64,000 bases of DNA from an uncultured Planctomycetota bacterium (GTDB lineage: Bacteria > Planctomycetota > Planctomycetia > Isosphaerales > Isosphaeraceae): contig CAVTTN010000002.1 of the NCBI GenBank assembly GCA_963737655.1, positions 2,304,001 through 2,368,000 on the forward strand, read 5' to 3'. Under the pieces are notes generated by a model, which worked only from the letters and a program-made list of their open reading frames with translations, had not been told where the DNA came from and searched no databases. Both the position numbers and the translations under genes were made by a program. This document shows positions 57,984 to 64,000 of the stretch, one piece after another. The number at the start of each line of letters is the position of its first letter. Position 1 is the stretch's first letter.

Positions 57984-58745
57984 TCAGAGCCAGTTCCTCC
58001 GCCAGATCGGGTAGGAACGGGCCCAGGCCCGGCCGATCAGGGCGTCTCTCGGGAGCAAGGCCAGCCCGGAGGAGTTCGTCGGCCCGGGCGTGCCGCCGGC
58101 CGGGGCGATCAGGACGCGGCCCTCCGGGACGGTCAGGCTCAGCTCGACCGGAGGCCCGTCGGGGGTGATCGGCGACCAGCCCAGGGCCCGGCCGTCCACC
58201 CGGACCTCGTCGTCGGTCCATTCGACCGACCCGCCCGCCCCGGCCACCAGCCGGCCCAGGCCGAACCCGCCGCCGGGCAGGCGATACCAGACCCAATCTC
58301 CGGGCGATGGGGCGGTGGCCCGATAGGCCCAGCGGTTGATCAGATACCCCTCGTGGGGGAGGCCGTCGCGGCGGTCCGGCCAGGCCAGCCCCGAGGCCAG
58401 GGCCAGGGCCGGGACGTAACAGCCCAGGCCCAGCCCGCACGAGGCCGAGACCGTGGGGACCCAGCGGCCGAACCCCGGGAAGGCCGCCTGGCGGATCGTG
58501 TCGGCCGCCGAGGCCACGTGGGCGACGAAGGCCAGGGCCAGCATCGCCAGACCCGCCCGGCTCCCCCAGGCGAACAGGCCCACGGTCAGCGACCCGGCGA
58601 ACGTGCCGAAGAAGACCGCCGCCCGCTCCGGCTGTCGCCAACCCCACTGCGGATAGCCCGGGACCAGCACCCGAAGGCCCGCCGGCCGGCGCCCCGGCCC
58701 CCTCGCCTCGCTCGCGACCGGAACCCGCCGAGGTGATGAGGCCAT
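57984..58745 (-). CDS. Membrane protein with a degenerate signal peptidase I (S26)-like domain
   Basis: TM helices then LINRWAY...PSPGDWVWY, GRLVAGAGGSV, VRVDG, VPEG, LIGRAW. Confidence 0.7.
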   Translation of the reverse strand: MASSPRRVPVASEARGPGRRPAGLRVLVPGYPQWGWRQPERAAVFFGTFAGSLTVGLFAWGSRAGLAMLALAFVAHVASAADTIRQAAFPGFGRWVPTVSASCGLGLGCYVPALALASGLAWPDRRDGLPHEGYLINRWAYRATAPSPGDWVWYRLPGGGFGLGRLVAGAGGSVEWTDDEVRVDGRALGWSPITPDGPPVELSLTVPEGRVLIAPAGGTPGPTNSSGLALLPRDALIGRAWARSYPIWRRNWL

Positions 58746-58858
58746 CGATCCCCACTCCGCTGTTCGGGGGTCATTCGGGCCGGCCCGTCTCGCCCGAAGA
58801 AAGGAAGGGCCCAGGGCCCCGGGGCGGACTTCGCCGGTGTCTGTGACAGTTGTCCTAG

Positions 58859-58887
58859 AGAGTACCGGGCCGGGCGAAGCCTGTCAA
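58859..58887 (-). promoter_or_regulatory. Sigma70-type promoter for the S26-like gene
   Basis: TTGACA-17 bp-TACTCT on the minus strand. Confidence 0.65.
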
Positions 58888-59206
58888 CGACGTGTCTCGA
58901 TTCGTCAAGATTTTCGTTTTTTTCGAGGAGGCCGCGGTGATCCGGCCGGTCGGCCGAGGCGGAGGGTCGCGGGGCCTGGGTCGGCGACGTGCGACCCCTT
59001 GGACGCCCGACGCCCGAGGCGCGTTCCGGGACGAGCGGGCCGACCGGGGAGATTCGCGTCGTCCCGGGGGATATTTTGGGGAATCCGGACGATTCGAGCC
59101 GAACCGGGCGCTTGACGATCTCGTAAGATAGGTTCGAGGGGAGCCGGCGGGGCCGGTGGGGCCCGTGGTGTCGGCGGCGGGCGGCGAGGGCCGTCTCGGC
59201 TTGACC

Positions 59207-59234
59207 TTGACCGAAGCGACGGTGCGGGTAGAAT
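59207..59234 (+). promoter_or_regulatory. Sigma70-type promoter for fusA
   Basis: TTGACC-16 bp-TAGAAT, ~240 nt upstream of the start codon. Confidence 0.55.
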
Positions 59235-59476
59235 GGTCCGCCTATAGCCTCGCCCGGGCCCTCCCGATGTCCTTCATCAAACCCGCACACCGCCCTCGCC
59301 CGAGGAGCCGGTGGGCCCGCTCCCCCGAAGCCTAGCCCGAACGGACCGCGCCAGCCCGCCTCGTCTCATGGTGGGTTCGGGATAGTCACCCAAGACCTCG
59401 ATCGACGGCGCGATCGGTCGATCCTCCGGGCCGGGAACCGACTGCGTTCCCTCCCCAACCGCAAGCTCCCCATCCT

Positions 59477-61567
59477 ATGGAAAACCTTCGCAACGTCCGC
59501 AACATCGGGATCTCGGCCCACATCGACTCGGGCAAGACGACGCTGACCGAGCGCGTCCTGTTCTATTCGGGCAAGAGCCATGTGATCAAGGAAGTCAAGG
59601 GCGAAGGCGCCAAGATGGACCACATGGAGCTGGAGAAGGAGCGGGGGATCACGATCACGTCCGCCGCCACCACCGTCCAGTGGCTCGACAAGAAAATCAA
59701 CATCATCGACACGCCCGGACACGTCGATTTCACCGTCGAGGTCGAGCGCTCCCTGCGCGTCCTGGACGGCGCCGTGCTGGTCCTCTGCGCCGTGGCCGGC
59801 GTCCAGTCGCAGTCGATCACCGTGGACCGCCAGATGAAGCGGTATCAGGTGCCCCGGCTCGCGTTCATCAACAAGATGGACCGCACCGGCGCCAACCCGG
59901 ACAACGTGATCGCCCAGCTCAAGAGCAAGCTCGGCCTGGCCGCCGTGCCGATCAACATGCCCATCGGCGGCGAGATCAACTTCGGCGGCGTGATCGACCT
60001 GATCACCCGCGAGGCCGTCTACTTCGACGGCGAGAAGGGCGAGGACGTCCGCCGGGGGCCGATCCCCGCCGAGCTCGTGGACAAGGCCGAGAAGGCCCGC
60101 CACGACATGCTCGAGGCCCTCTCGATGGTCTCCGACGAGATCATGGGCCTGCTCCTGGAGGAGCAGGACGTCCCCGAGGAGCTGATCCACTCGACGATCC
60201 GCGAGGGCACCATCGCCCAGACCGTCTGCCCGGTCCTGGTCGGCTCGGCGTACAAGAACAAGGGCGTCCAGTGCCTTTTGGACGCCGTGAACCGCTACCT
60301 GCCCAGCCCCCTGGACCGCGCCATCTTCGCCAAGGACAACGACAACGGGATGGCCGAGGTCCCCCTCGCCGCCGACCCCGACGGCCCGATGGTGGCGATG
60401 GCCTTCAAGCTGGTCGAGGAGCAGTTCGGCCAGGTCACCTACATGCGGATCTACCAGGGCACGCTCAAGAAGGGCACCTTCTACTTCAACAGCCGGAAGA
60501 AGCGGAAGGAGCGGATCAGCCGGATCCTCCGCGTCCACGCCGACGAGAAGGAAGACATCGACTCGGCCGGCGCCGGCGACATCGTGGCCGTGATGGGCGT
60601 CGAGTGCGCCACCGGCGACACCTACTGCGACGAGGGCACCAATTACTCGCTCGAATCGATCTACGCCGCCGAGCCCGTGATCGACCTGGCCATCAGCCCG
60701 AACAAGAGGGCCGACCAGGACAAGATGTCCAAGGCCCTGAACCGCTTCATGCGTGAGGACCCCACCTTCCGCGTCCACGTGGACAAGGAGACGAGCGAGA
60801 CGATCATCTCCGGGATGGGCGAGCTCCACCTGGAGATCTACGTCGAGCGGATCCGCCGCGAGTACAAGGTCGAGTGCACCGTCGGGATGCCCAAGGTCTC
60901 GTACCGAGAGGCCCCCACCAAGGTCACCCCGTTCAACTACAAGCACAAGAAGCAGACCGGCGGCTCCGGCCAGTACGCCCACATCGTCGGCCAGATGGAG
61001 CCCCTGGCCGAGGACTCGCCCGAGCCGTTCGTCTTCGAGGACGAGGTCACCGGAGGCCGCATCCCCCGGGAGTACATCCCCTCGGTCGAGAAGGGCTTCC
61101 GCGACTCCCTCCACAAGGGCCCCGTGGCCGGTTACGAGGTGCTCGGCGTCAAGATGGTCCTCCAGGACGGCTCGTATCACGACGTCGATTCGTCGGACAT
61201 GGCCTTCCAGATCTGCGCCCGCGACTGCTTCCGCGAGACGTTCCGCCGGGCCGACCCCGTCCTCCTTGAGCCGATCATGAAGGTCGAGATCGAGACCCCG
61301 ACGGAGTTCCAGGGGCCGGTCACCGGCACCGTCTCCAAGAAGCGAGGCGTGGTCCTCGGCACCGAGGATCGCGGCGGATTCGCCGTGATCGACGCCGAGA
61401 TCCCCCTCTCCGAGATGTTCGGCTACTCGAATGATCTCCGCAGCATGACCCAGGGCAAGGGGTCGTTCTCGATGGAGTTCCTGAAGTACCAGAAGCTGCC
61501 GACGGCCCTCCAGGAAGAGGTCGTCAAGAAGTCCCAGGCCGACGCGAAGCAGACCGTCAAGGCCTGA
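59477..61567 (+). CDS. fusA: Elongation factor G (stand-alone, spdEFG1-like)
   Basis: [69 protein letters not shown]. Confidence 0.97.
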   Translation: MENLRNVRNIGISAHIDSGKTTLTERVLFYSGKSHVIKEVKGEGAKMDHMELEKERGITITSAATTVQWLDKKINIIDTPGHVDFTVEVERSLRVLDGAVLVLCAVAGVQSQSITVDRQMKRYQVPRLAFINKMDRTGANPDNVIAQLKSKLGLAAVPINMPIGGEINFGGVIDLITREAVYFDGEKGEDVRRGPIPAELVDKAEKARHDMLEALSMVSDEIMGLLLEEQDVPEELIHSTIREGTIAQTVCPVLVGSAYKNKGVQCLLDAVNRYLPSPLDRAIFAKDNDNGMAEVPLAADPDGPMVAMAFKLVEEQFGQVTYMRIYQGTLKKGTFYFNSRKKRKERISRILRVHADEKEDIDSAGAGDIVAVMGVECATGDTYCDEGTNYSLESIYAAEPVIDLAISPNKRADQDKMSKALNRFMREDPTFRVHVDKETSETIISGMGELHLEIYVERIRREYKVECTVGMPKVSYREAPTKVTPFNYKHKKQTGGSGQYAHIVGQMEPLAEDSPEPFVFEDEVTGGRIPREYIPSVEKGFRDSLHKGPVAGYEVLGVKMVLQDGSYHDVDSSDMAFQICARDCFRETFRRADPVLLEPIMKVEIETPTEFQGPVTGTVSKKRGVVLGTEDRGGFAVIDAEIPLSEMFGYSNDLRSMTQGKGSFSMEFLKYQKLPTALQEEVVKKSQADAKQTVKA

Positions 61568-61577
61568 GAATCGCCAG

Positions 61578-61739
61578 GGACTTCCCATCCGGGTGGCATG
61601 CTCACGCCTTCGTGAGCATGCCACCCGGGAATCCATTCTTCATCGGCCAAGTCCGACCCGACGGACTTCCCATCCGGGTGGCATGCTCACGTCTTCGTGA
61701 GCATGTCTTCCGATCGGCCGTGTCCGAAGCATGCCACCC
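61578..61739. repeat. Family E repeats downstream of fusA
   Basis: GGACTTCCCATCCGGGTGGCATGCTCACG-(C/T)CTT-CGTGAGCATG at 61578 and 61663, plus a closing AGCATGCCACCC. Confidence 0.88.
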
Positions 61740-61751
61740 CGAATTCGTGGC

Positions 61752-62636
61752 TCATCGGCCCAGGCGGACCCGATGGATCGCGGCCAGGACGCTCCGGGTG
61801 CGGTCGTCGGGGCCGCTCGTGGTCTTGCTCAGGGCGTCGATCGCCTGGGTGATCGCGTCCTTCTCGCGATCCTCCTTCGAGGCGGTCCGGGCGGCCTCCA
61901 GGTCGGGGATCGCCGCTTTCGCCGGCGTCCCGAGCCGGCCGAGGGCCGAGATCGCGCAGAGGCGAACGTAGAGCTCGCCATCCTTCAGGGCCGCCCGCAG
62001 GGCAGGGACGACCTCTCCGGCGATGGCGTCGAGCTCGCCGAGCGCCACCGCGGATTGCGCCCGGGCCGTGACCGTCGCGGTCCGGGGCTCGCCGAGGGTT
62101 TTCAATCCCGCCTCGAACCTCTGGCGGAGGTCGGACAGCTCGACGAGGTGCAGGCCCTTCGGGATCACCAGCTTGGCCGGGGCGTCCGCGTCGGCGACGA
62201 ACACCGTCAACGTCGGTCGGGCGTCGAAGACCGGGGTGCCTTCGGGCGTCTTCGCCGAGGCGAGCATTCGGAATCCGATCCCTCCGGGGACGTGGAGGGC
62301 CACGTCGTGGGGGACGGCCTTCCCCTCGAACGACTCGGTCCGGCCCGGACCCGGGCGGACCACGAGCTCACCCGCCGGTTCGGCCGTCGCGAAGGCGGCG
62401 ATCGCCGCATTCTGCGAGGCGACGTCACCCCGGAAGAACAGGTGAACATCGCCGTTGACTTCCCGCCAGTAGACCCGAGAATTCCGCTCGGCCAGCGGCT
62501 GGAGCGCCTCCGGGACCATCGCCCGGGACGGCAAAGGGTCGTTGCCGAACCCCTCCGAGCCGCTCCCCAGCGCCACCGTACCCAGGGACGCGACCGCCAG
62601 GATCGCGCCTCCGACCACTCGCATCATCGCCTGCAT
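61752..62636 (-). CDS. Exported HEAT-repeat protein
   Basis: GGAGGG RBS; signal peptide; VPALRAALKD..YVRLCAISALGRLG..AKAAIPDL. Confidence 0.8.
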   Translation of the reverse strand: MQAMMRVVGGAILAVASLGTVALGSGSEGFGNDPLPSRAMVPEALQPLAERNSRVYWREVNGDVHLFFRGDVASQNAAIAAFATAEPAGELVVRPGPGRTESFEGKAVPHDVALHVPGGIGFRMLASAKTPEGTPVFDARPTLTVFVADADAPAKLVIPKGLHLVELSDLRQRFEAGLKTLGEPRTATVTARAQSAVALGELDAIAGEVVPALRAALKDGELYVRLCAISALGRLGTPAKAAIPDLEAARTASKEDREKDAITQAIDALSKTTSGPDDRTRSVLAAIHRVRLGR

Positions 62637-62890
62637 GACGGACCCTCCTCGACCATCCGGAAAACGTTCCCGGCCGATTCGTCCACGATCGAGCCGTCGT
62701 TTTGTCCCAGGAAAACCCCCGGAGCCAGTCCCCGTTCCCGAGGCGTGACGAGGAGGAAACGGCCCTGTCTTCCCGGACGAGTTGAGGTTGCGGCGATCGT
62801 GGATCTCGGTACGATGATTGCTGCAAGGAACGTTCGTCAAGACCCGGCGAGCGGATCGGATCGCAGAGGAGCGAATCGGAGGCAGGAGCC

Positions 62891-63523
62891 ATGAGACGAC
62901 GACCCTTCCGGGGCGAGGCCGAAATCCTGGACGCCCGGACCCTGCTCACGGCGGGCCTGGTGGCGACGCTCTCGACCGATCAGGCGGTGTATTCGCCCGG
63001 CCAGTCCGTGCAGATCACCCTGACCGAGACGAACACGACCGACCAGCCCGTGTCGATCACCCAGGGGCCGAGCCTCAACGGCTTCACCGTCTCCCAGGCG
63101 GGCAGCGAGGTCTGGCGATCGAACGCCGGGCCCCAGCCCATGATCGCGATGCTCCAGACGATCGCCCCCCACCAATCGATCACCCAGACCGCCACCTGGG
63201 ACGGCTCGTTCGACGAGGCCAAGCCCGCGAACCCGTCCGGCCCGTTCGTCGTCGCGGCCGAGTCGAGCGACGCCGCGCCGGTCACGATCCACTTCCGCGA
63301 CAATTCCGGGTCCGGGACCGGCACCACCTCGCCGACGGCCCCGACCGCCACCACGACCCCGACTGCGACGACCACCGGGACCGCCTCCGGCGGAACCACC
63401 GTCGCGCACCCCTCGGCGTCGAAGACGGTCAAAGCGACGACGATCGCTCATGCGAAGGTCCACGTGAAGGCGAAGGTCCACCACCCCAAGCCTCACCCGA
63501 TCGCCAGTCACGTCAAGAAGTAA
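62891..63523 (+). CDS. Planctomycete extracellular-type protein with a BsuPI/Ig-like domain, Thr-rich linker and His/Lys tail
   Basis: N-terminal RRR...EILDARTLLT (LEPRxLL-like); STDQAVYSPGQSVQITLTETN, EVWRSN, TATWDG. Confidence 0.78.
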   Translation: MRRRPFRGEAEILDARTLLTAGLVATLSTDQAVYSPGQSVQITLTETNTTDQPVSITQGPSLNGFTVSQAGSEVWRSNAGPQPMIAMLQTIAPHQSITQTATWDGSFDEAKPANPSGPFVVAAESSDAAPVTIHFRDNSGSGTGTTSPTAPTATTTPTATTTGTASGGTTVAHPSASKTVKATTIAHAKVHVKAKVHHPKPHPIASHVKK

Positions 63524-63535
63524 CGCCGATCGCGC

Positions 63536-64000
63536 CTATCCGAAGGTCGTCACCGCCAGGCGCATCGACGACGATCCGCCGGGGGGCAGGACGCGGAGGC
63601 CGGCGTCGATCCCCCGAGGCTCCAGGTGGACCGCGTCGGTCGTCTGCGTGTACGGCTCGACCGCGACCACGCCGCCGGGACCGGGCGGGGTGAAGACGAC
63701 GATCTCGCGGAACGCCCGGTCGAACGTCAGGCGAAGCTCGGCGCCGAGCGATTCCTCCACCAATCGGCACATCCCCAGGCCGTCGGCCCCATGGTCGAGG
63801 GCCGTGAGCACGTCGTCGGCCTCCAGACCGGCCATCGCCCGGCCCTGGCGGAAGTCGGTCCGGCCCGAGACGGCCCGGCGCTCTCCGGTCGGGATTCCGC
63901 CCTCGGTCACCCATTCCTCGTTCGCCGGGATGATCACCTTGGCCCGGGCCCGGTCGCCGTCGGGGTCGAACGGCAGGTGAAAATACGAGTGGACGCCGAA
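63536..64000 (-). CDS. Aldose 1-epimerase family protein, 3' part (start lies outside the window)
   Basis: Frame open to the edge: FGVHSYFHLP, ADDVLT, VVFTP, VAVEPYT..TDA, GLRVL.PG. Confidence 0.85.
   Translation of the reverse strand, partial: FGVHSYFHLPFDPDGDRARAKVIIPANEEWVTEGGIPTGERRAVSGRTDFRQGRAMAGLEADDVLTALDHGADGLGMCRLVEESLGAELRLTFDRAFREIVVFTPPGPGGVVAVEPYTQTTDAVHLEPRGIDAGLRVLPPGGSSSMRLAVTTFG

Noticed and set aside
1..64000. tRNA, rRNA, tmRNA, RNase P, known riboswitches, IS transposases, integrases
   Set aside because: No recognisable signatures by eye; GGTTCGA occurrences lack a cloverleaf context. An Infernal scan would be needed to exclude divergent RNAs.

Overview
GC-rich bacterial chromosome segment, most likely from a planctomycete of the Isosphaeraceae type. 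The taxonomy is inferred from a LE/DxRxLL-type N-terminal motif, an ECF sigma factor fused to DUF1559/TIGR03067-like domains, a Uma2 endonuclease, a prenyltransferase-repeat protein and an spdEFG1-like EF-G. About 46 CDSs are present. Housekeeping and metabolic genes: nadB, hisI, gltX, aat, apgM, phhB, ruvAB, mutS2, ggt, fusA, sua5. Other loci: a four-gene nucleotide-sugar/glycosylation operon, a ~1,850-aa membrane-anchored protein with a very long Gly/Gln/Lys/Pro repeat region, a tandem TPR paralogue pair, a pyruvoyl arginine decarboxylase-unknown ORF-deoxyhypusine-synthase-like-sua5 operon, a linker-histone-like protein behind a 1-kb non-coding region, and a SWIM-SNF2 ATPase. Intergenic DNA holds at least seven palindromic REP/REPIN-like families; two copies supply TAG stop codons and one sits inside a nested inverted repeat. 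No transposase, tRNA, rRNA or CRISPR array was recognised. Six single-base frameshifts in five otherwise intact genes suggest assembly indel errors. All protein family calls come from motif recognition by eye; no database searches were run.
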